This document shows positions 10,501 to 19,174 of a stretch of 37,697 nt of DNA, in pieces. A program made the translations under genes and the position numbers. The first letter of the stretch is position 1. Every line of letters starts with the position of its first letter. The DNA is from a phage. The notes under the pieces were generated by a model that was given only the letters and a program-made list of their open reading frames with translations, did not search any database and had not been told where the DNA came from. The DNA is taken from assembly GCA_020318295.1 (NCBI GenBank), contig GCA_020318295.1_4859.1. One strand, given 5' to 3'.

Positions 10501-13500
10501 GGCCAGTAAGATTGGTTTAGGCTTTAATAAGGTGGCTAAGCTACCGAAACGGTTCCTGGATTTCCTGTCACCAAAAGCGGGCAGCATCGTTGGTAAGATT
10601 AAGGACTGGCTGAACGAGATTCCGGAAGGCGAAGAAAAGACACGCCTCCAGAAAGCGTTCAATCGCGTAACGAGCTTGCCGGGTAAAGTGCTCGGTTTTG
10701 CGAAACGTGGTGTCGATCGTCTGAAAGACATGATTACCGACAACCCACTGACGCGTTGGTGGAAAGGCCGTAAAGATGGTGGGGGTGGTGGTTTCAGTCT
10801 CTTCTCATCAACCGGCAAGAAAACCAACCACATCCTTATCCGTATCTATAAACTGTTGAACCAACGTTTACCGGGCGATCCGGAAGACGAAAGTTGGACA
10901 GAGGAAATGGAGAAGGGCGTCGGGGGTGGCGGTAGTACGATCGGTCGTGCAGTACGCGGGGCGTATGATCGTGCGAAAGCGTCATTGTCTGAACGTTTTG
11001 GTGGACGTTGGTCAAGAACAAAAGCGTTCTTTGGTCGTGGACGTGACCGCCTGCGTGGTTGGTTCAGTGGTTTCCGAGGCCGGGCTGGGGATATGCTCGA
11101 TGGATATCGTGGAGCACGACACGACATTGCTACACGTTACGAAGTTGAACGTCGGTTGGCTGGACGCGATGACGATGTTGCTGAGTTTTATCGCAGCCAT
11201 TTGAACGCGAAAGGTGGCCTTTCTGGCCGTAAAGTCTACGGCGATGCGAAGGAAGACCTTGAGACCGCCCGTGATGCAGCAGGGAGGGTTATCAACAAAG
11301 GGAAGAATGCCGCCAAGTCAGCAGGTGCAAGGTTATTCGAACGCTTGGACCGAATGATTGGCTTGCAAGAGATGTCGTGGTTTAACACCATGCGCGAATC
11401 AGTATCCCGTGCAGGTGGCGACGATGGCATTATTCGTACCATGTTTGCGAAGTTCGGTAAACGTAACAAGCCGCCTGAAGGTGATGAAAAACGCGACTAC
11501 TTTAACTTCTTCAAACGTTGGCGTGAGAAACGTAAGGAGAAGAAAGAGAAAGCGCAGGGCTCCAAAGGGAAATCTGGCGGTCTGTGGGATATGGTGAAAG
11601 GCTTACCTATCATCGGTCCCATCGTCAGTATCTTGGGAACTGTGGGTAATATACTCGGTTCTATCACGAAATGGGGTGTGTTAAAACCCGTAGGTCTTTT
11701 AGGTAAGGCTGCGTGGAACGTTGGTAAGTTCGCAGTAACCCGTTTGGCGGCACCCGCGGTGTCCGCTGTGGCAACTGCAGCGTCTGCCGTCGTGACAGCA
11801 GTGGGCTGGCCGGCAATTCTTATCGGTGGCGCGATCGCTGCGGCAGGTTACGCCGCGTACAAGATCGCAACGACTACCTATACCCAGTACCTGGATAAGA
11901 TGCGTTTAGCTCAGTACGGTTTCCGTGATTACGATAAGTGGTCGTCGGACGACGGGGCGAAGGCGCGTTACTTAGAAGACGCATTGCGTGAGTATGTGTC
12001 TTACGCGGAAGATGGCCAAGCCAGTCTCCGCGGGCTAAGTGGAAAAGACGTTCAGAAGTTAGCTGAAGGGTTCGGTATCAACGTTGAGGAAAAAGGCGAG
12101 ATGTTGGCCTTCCAAGCGTTTATGCTTCAGCGCTTCATTCCGATTTATCTCCGCTGGATTACGGCACTGAAATCGATGCCGAACAGTATCCAGTTGGCTG
12201 ACGTCGGCGACGCGAAGAAAGTATCGAAAGAGGACATGCAGACACTCTTCAACAAAATGAAGATGACTAAGGATGCAAAAGCGTTCTCTTCGTTAACTGA
12301 CCCACGCAAAGTCAACCAAGGTTTCTTCTCGAAAGCTTGGGACGTTGTAACCTTTACACCGAAGGAGTTTTTGAGCGGTGAAGAGGTTATGGAAGTGCAG
12401 AATGAAGTTGAGCGTGCAATCAAGTTCAGAATGGACGATAAGAAAGCACGTAAGTACGGAATGGCACCGGCTGTAGAGGGGATTAAGTCCGCGGGCGTTG
12501 ATGAAGCTATCAACAAACTTGGACAGTTGGATAACGAACGTAATAAAAATCTGGCGAAGGTAGAGGGTTGGGAAGACGGAACAGAGCAGGTTCAGATTCA
12601 GGTAGACTGGAATGCGGTGCTCGACCAGAAAGACATGAATGCGATGGAGTCGGTACGTTGGAAGACTTATGGTTTTACCACCATCGACAACGCCACACGC
12701 ACGTTGATTACGGTATTCGAGAAAAACGTCATCAAAGACATTGACGTGAAAACCGCAAGCTACAAAGGTGATTGGAAGAAAGCAATCGCCTCAATGGTTC
12801 CAGACGCTATCGGCACACCGAAAGAAGATCGTTTGAAGCGGTGGTTCTTTGACCGTTTCTTACCGGTATTCATGACGTACTTGGTTGGGGTGAAACGCTA
12901 CCTGCCAACAGCTGATCCGCTGAACTTGAAACTGACCGGCGGTTACCTGTACGAAATCAGTTTGATGATGTCAACAGCTTATAGCTTGAAGGGCGGTATA
13001 AGACAGTCGGTGTGGGAAGTGAATATCAACCCATTAGGGGGCGATGCTAACACTAATCCGTTGTCTATCAAAGCCGAGCTGGAAACGCTGAAGCTGTTGT
13101 CAAAAGAAGCTGACCTTGCCGTGCGTAACATGATTAAAGCCATTAAAAATAATGGCAAGCGTGCACGCTGGAAGGATCGTAACAAGAACCGCAGTTCTCT
13201 GGAAGTCACCGGTGAAGATGAAGAAGACTCGAACATCAGTTCGGGAGATTCTTTGTCATCTGACGGTGCTCGCGCCTCAGGCTACATTCCATCGGGCACG
13301 AGTGGCGGTGTGCCGGGTAACTTAGGTCAAGTCGTCGATGCGGTCGGTGGTGTGCGGAACTACGCTGCAATGACCACTGGTTCGTCTTCGATTAACCTGA
13401 GTGATGTGAAAGACGGTGATTATAAGTCACTGGCTGAAAAATACCCGATAGAAATGTTGGGTAGAAAGGGTGCGTTGAACGTTCCGAATATCAAAGCATT

Positions 13501-14671
13501 GATTACCGATGCAGCGAACATGATGGGCGTGCCACCTGCAGTGGCGTTAGCAATGGCTAAGGCGGAGTCCGGATTTAACTACACCGCTAAAAACCCGTAT
13601 GCTTCGGCGTCTGGGTTGTTCCAGTTTGTTAACGGCACGTGGGACGGGATGATGAAGGGGTATTCGCGGAAGTTTGGTATTCCGCGTGTTAACCAGATGG
13701 ACCCGTGGGCGAATGCTATCTTGGGTGTGCAGTTCATTCGTGACAACATCCAACAAGCACAACGTGACCTGGGTGGTAAAGCACCACCTCCAGCCGTGGC
13801 TTATCTGTACCACTTCCTAGGTGCAGGCGGCGGTAAGAAATTCCTGGAAGCGTGGAAGCGTAATCCGAATATGGCGGCATCGAGTGCTCCTGGGATTACA
13901 TCTGCAATACTGAGAGGGAATGCCAACGTCTTCTACAGCAACGGTCGTATACGTAGCGTAGATGGGGTTATTCAGGAACTGAACCGCCGCATGGGTGCAA
14001 TTTCCGCCAACGAAGTCGCCGCCGATCCGAGCAAGACGAAGGATATGGTTGCAGGATTGTCGCCTAATTCACCAACCAACCCGGCAGCAGCAATGGGTGC
14101 ACCGGCCGCTAATGACCCGAGTCTGTCGCCAGCAGATAACCTGCCAGCAGATAATGCTAATCGTCGTGATGACGCATTGACGCAGAAAGGGGCCATGGCG
14201 GCACAAGATGCAATGGCTACCGCCGCAGGTAATGTAGGACCAGCAGCACCTACACCAACCACAGGCGGTACCGGAACATCCGATGCCTCAACAACGGCCG
14301 AAACCGTAGCGTCGCAAGCTGCAGCAGAAGGATTGTCTGCGACGGATGTTGCTAAAGTGAAAGCAGGCGCGGAAGCGCAGGTTAACGCAGCAGCTCGTCC
14401 AGTTGCCGCTCCAACTTCTGATGCTACAGCATCGACGCCAACGCTGAATGGTGACCCGATAGATGTTCAGCAGCTCAAGGTACTGATTCAGTCTCGCGAT
14501 TACTTGAAAGAGATTCGTGATATTTTGAAATCAAATCCAAGAGCGGCAAACGACACACGGGGTGGTAGTATCCAGCAAGCGGCAAATGTGCCTCCTCCTG
14601 GCTCAGCTGCACGTAGGCAGGAAATAACCCAACCGACACCGTCGTTAAACGTAAGTCGGAAAGCAAGCTAA
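7550..14671 (+). CDS. giant virion-associated protein (2373 aa) with C-terminal lytic transglycosylase domain; resembles phiKZ gp181-type proteins
   Basis: Single uninterrupted 7.1 kb ORF. Gly-rich low-complexity tracts at about 9900..11100, a long hydrophobic Gly/Ala-rich segment at about 11590..11870 (GLPIIGPIVSILGTVGNILGS...AILIGGAIAAAGYAAYKI), an SLT-like block near 13.5 kb, and an Ala/Pro/Thr-rich tail at about 14080..14450. Confidence 0.8.
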   Translation: MAKRGKDGFDDIDLDRLDDWDDFGEPPRPKDEKKRSPILSTLNVARKSALSTIWPEGKRDQVILKGMPKPAADAYEGYQSAAAAAKDIYAHTKGELEKTERTLKMQARQLGPTMKKYLPDAVTKRFDKWSKSDQLDYQNYDPNQALMDRELGDVFSGVPKDADEQRQLQDRMVEDKLRDSIKEMRADAMHQTMIGMAKDINLLTGLSRGVFLNIERKKLELQYRTLFAIQDIVKMKQSEFDRNTPALEAIVKNTALPDYAKEDFSEVRWANVKRQAAEWMNPLRYADGFMDMIRENTKKKISGIFGEGRGLLESVLGMGVEDDFGMSDSSSLTAERRKTNARDKATAWGSGFLAKKLLGPQIEKLQKWTREEMEKNPEVMKRLQKGAFTFGNLSSISNSAIAGETQGPLADLFRVLNELGIVQPLNREKAFLDERNGETLSRSAKFDRKAYLSIVEVIPAWLAEINKSVRRGYGEHADLEYDITSRGFVDRKVVGNRVRKAVANDEQRLRLQNSINSTVDFVDRGKTLSQKDRQHLADYIESRASQGRAFDVEAILKDPMHLHRYMPGNSAERIKEALQGHSDSLVGGSNELSNELARKISTVQSSITQRQAIIDEAVNIYGERALRDAGIFNYDAKSDTFGVDKDLSDPYTLFNDLAMGKTRSGRALTRDQEIQRKLQNGSALGDYLRRMNQGASGGADDTSLPPALRGGGKGRGMSPRQLAAVLYGETSTNFVELLSQRNRGEEAPRNNFDGIIEAIRGNNNSDTLQKILEHVRSMDEEGVLLASLAGGAGSGDEEMGPPRPGGGSGGGRRRRIIIGEDGLIRRWGGVLFDTAAGIGGFAKRGVKGAWNKLNQFGGWARGKVAGMGGGEGPGFLTRMRGLISGSVRGGFEAVSSFGKGLLGIRDIYDDHGNVVLQGARLEAGEYYQVIDGKMVQLKTLDDIKLGSDIVDSAGNLVLAAADLAAAGKLRYYKGGKIQALTQGLASKIGLGFNKVAKLPKRFLDFLSPKAGSIVGKIKDWLNEIPEGEEKTRLQKAFNRVTSLPGKVLGFAKRGVDRLKDMITDNPLTRWWKGRKDGGGGGFSLFSSTGKKTNHILIRIYKLLNQRLPGDPEDESWTEEMEKGVGGGGSTIGRAVRGAYDRAKASLSERFGGRWSRTKAFFGRGRDRLRGWFSGFRGRAGDMLDGYRGARHDIATRYEVERRLAGRDDDVAEFYRSHLNAKGGLSGRKVYGDAKEDLETARDAAGRVINKGKNAAKSAGARLFERLDRMIGLQEMSWFNTMRESVSRAGGDDGIIRTMFAKFGKRNKPPEGDEKRDYFNFFKRWREKRKEKKEKAQGSKGKSGGLWDMVKGLPIIGPIVSILGTVGNILGSITKWGVLKPVGLLGKAAWNVGKFAVTRLAAPAVSAVATAASAVVTAVGWPAILIGGAIAAAGYAAYKIATTTYTQYLDKMRLAQYGFRDYDKWSSDDGAKARYLEDALREYVSYAEDGQASLRGLSGKDVQKLAEGFGINVEEKGEMLAFQAFMLQRFIPIYLRWITALKSMPNSIQLADVGDAKKVSKEDMQTLFNKMKMTKDAKAFSSLTDPRKVNQGFFSKAWDVVTFTPKEFLSGEEVMEVQNEVERAIKFRMDDKKARKYGMAPAVEGIKSAGVDEAINKLGQLDNERNKNLAKVEGWEDGTEQVQIQVDWNAVLDQKDMNAMESVRWKTYGFTTIDNATRTLITVFEKNVIKDIDVKTASYKGDWKKAIASMVPDAIGTPKEDRLKRWFFDRFLPVFMTYLVGVKRYLPTADPLNLKLTGGYLYEISLMMSTAYSLKGGIRQSVWEVNINPLGGDANTNPLSIKAELETLKLLSKEADLAVRNMIKAIKNNGKRARWKDRNKNRSSLEVTGEDEEDSNISSGDSLSSDGARASGYIPSGTSGGVPGNLGQVVDAVGGVRNYAAMTTGSSSINLSDVKDGDYKSLAEKYPIEMLGRKGALNVPNIKALITDAANMMGVPPAVALAMAKAESGFNYTAKNPYASASGLFQFVNGTWDGMMKGYSRKFGIPRVNQMDPWANAILGVQFIRDNIQQAQRDLGGKAPPPAVAYLYHFLGAGGGKKFLEAWKRNPNMAASSAPGITSAILRGNANVFYSNGRIRSVDGVIQELNRRMGAISANEVAADPSKTKDMVAGLSPNSPTNPAAAMGAPAANDPSLSPADNLPADNANRRDDALTQKGAMAAQDAMATAAGNVGPAAPTPTTGGTGTSDASTTAETVASQAAAEGLSATDVAKVKAGAEAQVNAAARPVAAPTSDATASTPTLNGDPIDVQQLKVLIQSRDYLKEIRDILKSNPRAANDTRGGSIQQAANVPPPGSAARRQEITQPTPSLNVSRKAS
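13480..13900 (+). other. lytic transglycosylase (SLT family) domain within the giant protein
   Basis: MGVPPAVALAMAKAESGFNYTAKNPYASASGLFQFVNGTWDG...AYLYHFLGAGG: the catalytic E-S dipeptide followed by a GLFQF block, as in family-1 lytic transglycosylases and phage gp16-type virion lysins. Domain boundaries are approximate. Confidence 0.7.
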
Positions 14672-14674
14672 TCG

Positions 14675-14696
14675 TAGGGGGTGGCAACACCCCCTA
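14675..14696 (+). other. perfect 9-bp stem hairpin with GCAA (GNRA) tetraloop, 3 nt after the giant-gene stop
   Basis: TAGGGGGTG-GCAA-CACCCCCTA read directly from the sequence; it overlaps the GTG at 14681 that the ORF track uses as the start of the next gene. Confidence 0.5.
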
Positions 14697-14719
14697 ATCA
14701 TCTTACAGAGAGGTTTTAC

Positions 14720-16942
14720 GTGGAAGCAAGACAACTAAAAGATTCAGGATGGGTAACCGGCCTGTTTGGCGGTACAACCGCACAGCGCGATGAGCGCTTC
14801 CTGGGTTTGCGTCGTTACTCTAACGCGATGCTCTCGTTTGAAGATACCACGATGGGTGGTTCGCAAGCGTTAAATGCGCCGCCGCAGTTTACGATGTTTG
14901 CTGATCCGAGTTCAACAGGTGCCTTTGCACAACCTGATGCGGGTCGTGGCTCGTACTCAAAGTACGTTAAAGGTCAAGACCAACGTGGTTCCTATCGTCT
15001 AGGGACTTTCTATTACGAAGCTATTAACCAAAACAGTTTTTATCTTCATTGTCGTTTCGGTAAACCCCGATACATCGGGGTCGCTGCATTCTTCGCGAAT
15101 ATGTACGATTCCAACCTAGCGTACCTGGCACGCACGGGTGATTACCCAGGTATGTTACGTGCGATGGGGACGTATGTTGCCGCCGCAGCAATATGGGCTG
15201 CAGTAGGCACGGTTGCCTTTGCGGTTATTCTGATTACGCCACGTATGTTGAAGATGGTGCTGAACAAGCAGACTTCTCGCTACTACTACGTGAAACCGAC
15301 AATGCATTTGTATCTGCGCGCTGTGCAGAATATGGTCAATACCCAGTTAGTTTATCGCCGATTGGTACCAACGGGTGTGTTAGGGACTTTCCAGCTTGCT
15401 AATGCTGTAGATGGGTCTGAGAAAGGCGGTACTGCTAATAAGTACAACGGCGACCGCAAAGAGTGGTACTCCATGCTGCCAGAAATCTGGACAGCTGATG
15501 GTGAGTTCGATATCTATCGAATGATTAACCGCTACCAAACATTAGCCAACTACCAGGCGAAAACCATCGATAAAATTCGTAAAGAGTCGAGTAACGAAGA
15601 GGACATGGCTCGTCGTTTGCGAAACTTCTATCTGGAAGCGACGTACTCAACAACCCATTTGGAGAAAGCTGCGCAGTACGAGGTTTCTTTACGTAACCTT
15701 GAATACGTAGCCAAAGCCGGTAAAGGGTACGATGCCGGTTTTGAAAACGTCGATAACAAAGAAGACGAACTGGTAGCAGGGATGAACGGAAGCATTCAGG
15801 ATGCTCAGTCACAAGGAGGTAAAGCTGAAAACTTCGAAAACGAAGGTGATGCGCAACGTAAAGAGCTTGCCGAGCGTATGGCACAGGTTGAAAAGAACCA
15901 GGCTCAGGTTGCTAAAAGTCAGACCGAAGCAAACTCAATGGATGAGAATAATCTCGACATTGGGAAGATTGAAAACTGGATGGACCAAGGCCAGAAAGAA
16001 TCTGTCGGTAGCGTCTTCAAAGACTATATCGATATTTTAGAAGGCGCTATGGATGGGTTAACTTCGAACATCGCTTCGGAGATACGCAATGGTTCGCAGT
16101 GGATTACTTGGCGTGTTGATGGACGTGATACCGTAGGGCGTTCGTTCTCCAACACCACCAAAGAACCTGAAATCTCTGGCACGGTTAACTCTGCCACACA
16201 GAAAGCACGTTCTTTGGAAGTAAACCTCTCCGGTGGTAAGACTGGTTTCGACGCAGTCGATGGTCTCATTACTGGGTTGAAGTCCGCCTTTACAGGCGCA
16301 CTCGATTTCTTGCATTTATCAGGGATTATGTCACTGTACAACTCGTCGGTGATTGACTTCCCGGAAGTGTGGGACTCCTCAGACACCTCAGGTGACGATA
16401 TCTCGCTAAGTATTCCCCTTCGCTGTTGGTCGGGTAACGACTTAGATGTGTTTCAGGATCTGATTGTCCCGTTGTCGTTCTGGTTAGCGGCAGTTTGTCC
16501 GCTAGCAACCGGTAAACAATCGTTTACACACCCGTTCTATCTGGAATGTTATTCTCGCGGTCGTTATTCCATGCGTAATGCCATGGTAACTAACCTGAGT
16601 CTCCAGTTCGGTACAGGTGGTTTAGGTTGGCGTGCTGACGGTCTGCCGTTGTCGTGTGATATACAGGTAACTATTCGTGACCTGTCGCGCGTCATGTACA
16701 TGCCGATTGTAACTGATATTGGTGTGTTTGATGATGATAACAAGTTCAGTGAATTTATGTCTGTGTTGGGCGCTGCCACGCTTTACGAGCGTACCAACGG
16801 TATCGCGCAGGCTAAAATCAATGCGTCTATCTGGGCGCAGAACTGGGCAAGTGCTTGGTCGCAGGGTAGCATCGTCAACGCCGCCTTAGATATCATACCA
16901 GCCCGACAAATCGCGAACATTTTCCTACCACAAGCGCGTTAA
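14720..16942 (+). CDS. hypothetical protein, possible virion or membrane protein (about 740 aa; ORF track start 14681)
   Basis: Long ORF. I prefer the in-frame GTG at 14720, preceded by AGAGAGG plus a 6-nt spacer, over the track's GTG at 14681, which lies inside the hairpin. Contains a hydrophobic segment AAAAIWAAVGTVAFAVILITP. No recognisable catalytic motif. Confidence 0.6.
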   Translation: MEARQLKDSGWVTGLFGGTTAQRDERFLGLRRYSNAMLSFEDTTMGGSQALNAPPQFTMFADPSSTGAFAQPDAGRGSYSKYVKGQDQRGSYRLGTFYYEAINQNSFYLHCRFGKPRYIGVAAFFANMYDSNLAYLARTGDYPGMLRAMGTYVAAAAIWAAVGTVAFAVILITPRMLKMVLNKQTSRYYYVKPTMHLYLRAVQNMVNTQLVYRRLVPTGVLGTFQLANAVDGSEKGGTANKYNGDRKEWYSMLPEIWTADGEFDIYRMINRYQTLANYQAKTIDKIRKESSNEEDMARRLRNFYLEATYSTTHLEKAAQYEVSLRNLEYVAKAGKGYDAGFENVDNKEDELVAGMNGSIQDAQSQGGKAENFENEGDAQRKELAERMAQVEKNQAQVAKSQTEANSMDENNLDIGKIENWMDQGQKESVGSVFKDYIDILEGAMDGLTSNIASEIRNGSQWITWRVDGRDTVGRSFSNTTKEPEISGTVNSATQKARSLEVNLSGGKTGFDAVDGLITGLKSAFTGALDFLHLSGIMSLYNSSVIDFPEVWDSSDTSGDDISLSIPLRCWSGNDLDVFQDLIVPLSFWLAAVCPLATGKQSFTHPFYLECYSRGRYSMRNAMVTNLSLQFGTGGLGWRADGLPLSCDIQVTIRDLSRVMYMPIVTDIGVFDDDNKFSEFMSVLGAATLYERTNGIAQAKINASIWAQNWASAWSQGSIVNAALDIIPARQIANIFLPQAR

Positions 16943-16964
16943 TATACCATAGAGGTAGTGCGTT

Positions 16965-17516
16965 ATGAGTTTATTTGGAAAGACCGCAAAAGAGCTGGTT
17001 TACGATCTCATCGTGTCTCAGAATCCTGCACTGACTGGTAAGGGCGTGACCATCGATAAATTGTCGTTCGGTAACCCGGCACACATCACCGCAGCCGATC
17101 CTGACCCAGAGCAATACACCAGACTGAACACCAACCTTGATGTTTCTGGTATCATTGAGAAGGGTACGTTCGGTAAGATGGGTCTTACTTATCGACGATT
17201 GGACGTAGCACATTTGTTTGAGAACGTCGTGTTGTCTGTCGATGGCACCGGCGTGTCGACCGCTGCCGATCTTGTTCCCTTGCTGCGAACCAAATACAAT
17301 TGGTTAATCGACGCAACCGAGATTTACGCGACAGAATCAATGACTTCCTCCACGAAACACAATCTGCGTTTCAATGGAAAGTCACTGGCGTGGACGGGTA
17401 CGGTTGAAGTTTATTTGACCGAAGTTCCGAGCGATGGTGTCGATATCAGTAAACTGATTACCGTTACTGAGTTGAACGGTCTGGTTTATGACGTTTCCGA
17501 CATGGCTCAAGCGTAA
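16965..17516 (+). CDS. hypothetical protein (183 aa)
   Basis: ORF with GAGG upstream of the ATG, immediately followed by an intrinsic terminator. Confidence 0.55.
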   Translation: MSLFGKTAKELVYDLIVSQNPALTGKGVTIDKLSFGNPAHITAADPDPEQYTRLNTNLDVSGIIEKGTFGKMGLTYRRLDVAHLFENVVLSVDGTGVSTAADLVPLLRTKYNWLIDATEIYATESMTSSTKHNLRFNGKSLAWTGTVEVYLTEVPSDGVDISKLITVTELNGLVYDVSDMAQA

Positions 17517-17533
17517 CAAAAAAATAAGTAATG

Positions 17534-17576
17534 CGAGTACCCCGTTAGGGGTACTCGTTTGCTTTTATTTTTTAGC
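17534..17576. terminator. bidirectional rho-independent terminator between convergent genes
   Basis: Stem CGAGTACCCC / GGGGTACTCG with loop GTTA, followed by TTTGCTTTTATTTTTT on the plus strand and preceded by an A-run that reads as a T-run on the minus strand. Confidence 0.7.
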
Positions 17577-18009
17577 GTTCGATAATCACTTTTACGATAT
17601 CTTCTACCGGAGGGTAATACCACAACACCACACTGTTTCGTCCCAAGTCTTTTGGAAACGTTTGGCAATATGCAATGTCGGTGCCGAAGCGCTCAGAGAG
17701 CTTTAAAACGTTCTCTGGGAACTGACAACCACCACGCCAGTCGTGTGTATAGAGTACCTGCTGTAATAACTTCACATTAGCATCGAAGAAGTACAGATTT
17801 TCTACCGGCGCAATGTGTGGTACCGGAATTGGTGTGTCGGTGAGTACGAACTCCAAACCACCGCATTGTTCTGAACGCTCCGCTAGGAATTTCAGATGCC
17901 ATGGCATTAGACCGTGGTCTTCCCAGACGATATTGTTGACCAGTAAACGATCAGCGTATTCGTCGTAATCAACCGTGAACAGTTTCTTCGCCATCGGTAA
18001 ACGCCTCAT
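17572..18009 (-). CDS. hypothetical protein (145 aa; start may be the internal Met at 17994)
   Basis: ORF in the minus-strand block; its stop lies in the T-tract of the terminator. Confidence 0.5.
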   Translation of the reverse strand: MRRLPMAKKLFTVDYDEYADRLLVNNIVWEDHGLMPWHLKFLAERSEQCGGLEFVLTDTPIPVPHIAPVENLYFFDANVKLLQQVLYTHDWRGGCQFPENVLKLSERFGTDIAYCQTFPKDLGRNSVVLWYYPPVEDIVKVIIER

Positions 18010-18910
18010 CTTTTACAGTAAGGGAACCGTTTACTTCGATTTCAGCAGCGGTCATGTCTGCTTCTTTAACGAAGATACCGTCCGCGTTCAGGAAACCCTT
18101 ACGGTCTTTGATTTCATCCCATGCCAGAGAGAAGCACTGTTCCAGCGTCATATCGTACGCATTAGCCAGCGCATTGGCGTATTCGACCATCTGAGCGAAG
18201 TGACATTCGATCATTACCGCGTCGCTGTTCTCGAAGTGTTTATATTCGAGTTGCTTAGCCGAGTCGATGCCTGCCTGATCCCAGATATAATCAACCGCAC
18301 AAGTAAGATGGAAACGCATTTTGTGGAACAGGTAATGACTGTTCCCGGCGTGTGGTTTCTTTGAACGTGCGTCGTTGACGTATGTGCTGATATCGGTTGA
18401 GTCAAACTTAATGAGTTCCATCAAGTTAACCAGCACGACCAGAGCATCACCGATACCGTCCATGATGTAACGACGTTTGTTTTTACTGATACCGGTTGCC
18501 GCTTCACCGTCTTCTTCGTAGAGTTTGGTGGCTTGGCTATACCAGACGCCGTTATCCAGAATACCACGCGCTTTAGACCAACCCATAACGTTAGTAATAC
18601 ATTGTGGGATGGTGTACAAAGGTACGTAACGCGGACGATCAACCGTACCACGATACTCGACACCTTCCAACGTCCACGGCATTTCGAAATCATTTATTTC
18701 CAAACTCTGGTCGCCCGTGAAGACTTTACCTTCGACGTAAGTGTGACCGGTTTCACTGTTCACGCATAGGGTGTACAGTTTCTCAAAGGACCACGGTTCA
18801 ACAAACTGACGTTGGCAGAATCCAGCCAGAAGCTCATTAATCTGTGCCAGGTACTGGTTAGGTTCAACAATAACGTTATACGGAATCTGGATAATGAAAC
18901 GGTCGCCCAT
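17969..18910 (-). CDS. hypothetical protein (313 aa)
   Basis: ORF with AAGGAG 8 nt upstream of the ATG, directly downstream of a terminator hairpin. Confidence 0.6.
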   Translation of the reverse strand: MGDRFIIQIPYNVIVEPNQYLAQINELLAGFCQRQFVEPWSFEKLYTLCVNSETGHTYVEGKVFTGDQSLEINDFEMPWTLEGVEYRGTVDRPRYVPLYTIPQCITNVMGWSKARGILDNGVWYSQATKLYEEDGEAATGISKNKRRYIMDGIGDALVVLVNLMELIKFDSTDISTYVNDARSKKPHAGNSHYLFHKMRFHLTCAVDYIWDQAGIDSAKQLEYKHFENSDAVMIECHFAQMVEYANALANAYDMTLEQCFSLAWDEIKDRKGFLNADGIFVKEADMTAAEIEVNGSLTVKDEAFTDGEETVHG

Positions 18911-18925
18911 TTTGATAGCTCCTTA

Positions 18926-18964
18926 AACAAAAAAAATAAGTAGGGTGTCCATATGGACACCCTA
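18926..18964 (-). terminator. rho-independent terminator (minus strand)
   Basis: Perfect palindrome TAGGGTGTCCA-TA-TGGACACCCTA followed on the minus strand by CTTATTTTTTTTG, then the AAGGAG RBS of the 313-aa gene. Confidence 0.65.
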
Positions 18965-18973
18965 ATACGTATT

Positions 18974-19162
18974 TTAAATCTTGCACGCACCACCGGTGCA
19001 GTTGTCGTCGTCTTTCGACGGGTCAACGCCACCTTCCACACCTGCGTCAGGGTCAAGTCCAGGGATAACCATCTCGTCATCCGGAGACATGTTTACATCC
19101 GCACCTAACCCATCACGATACATGAACGTTGTGGCTTGCCCACGACCGAGTTCTCCAGCCAT
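18974..19162 (-). CDS. small acidic Gly/Asp-rich hypothetical protein (62 aa)
   Basis: ORF with GAGGA upstream; orientation matches the operon; a competing plus-strand ORF 18981..19178 has no RBS. Confidence 0.4.
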   Translation of the reverse strand: MAGELGRGQATTFMYRDGLGADVNMSPDDEMVIPGLDPDAGVEGGVDPSKDDDNCTGGACKI

Positions 19163-19174
19163 ATTTTCCTCTAC

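Noticed and set aside
9766-11127. Pro/Arg-rich minus-strand ORFs (167, 123 and 93 aa) inside the giant gene
   Set aside because: They are the antisense reading of Gly-rich GGN-codon tracts in the giant protein; no independent start signals.
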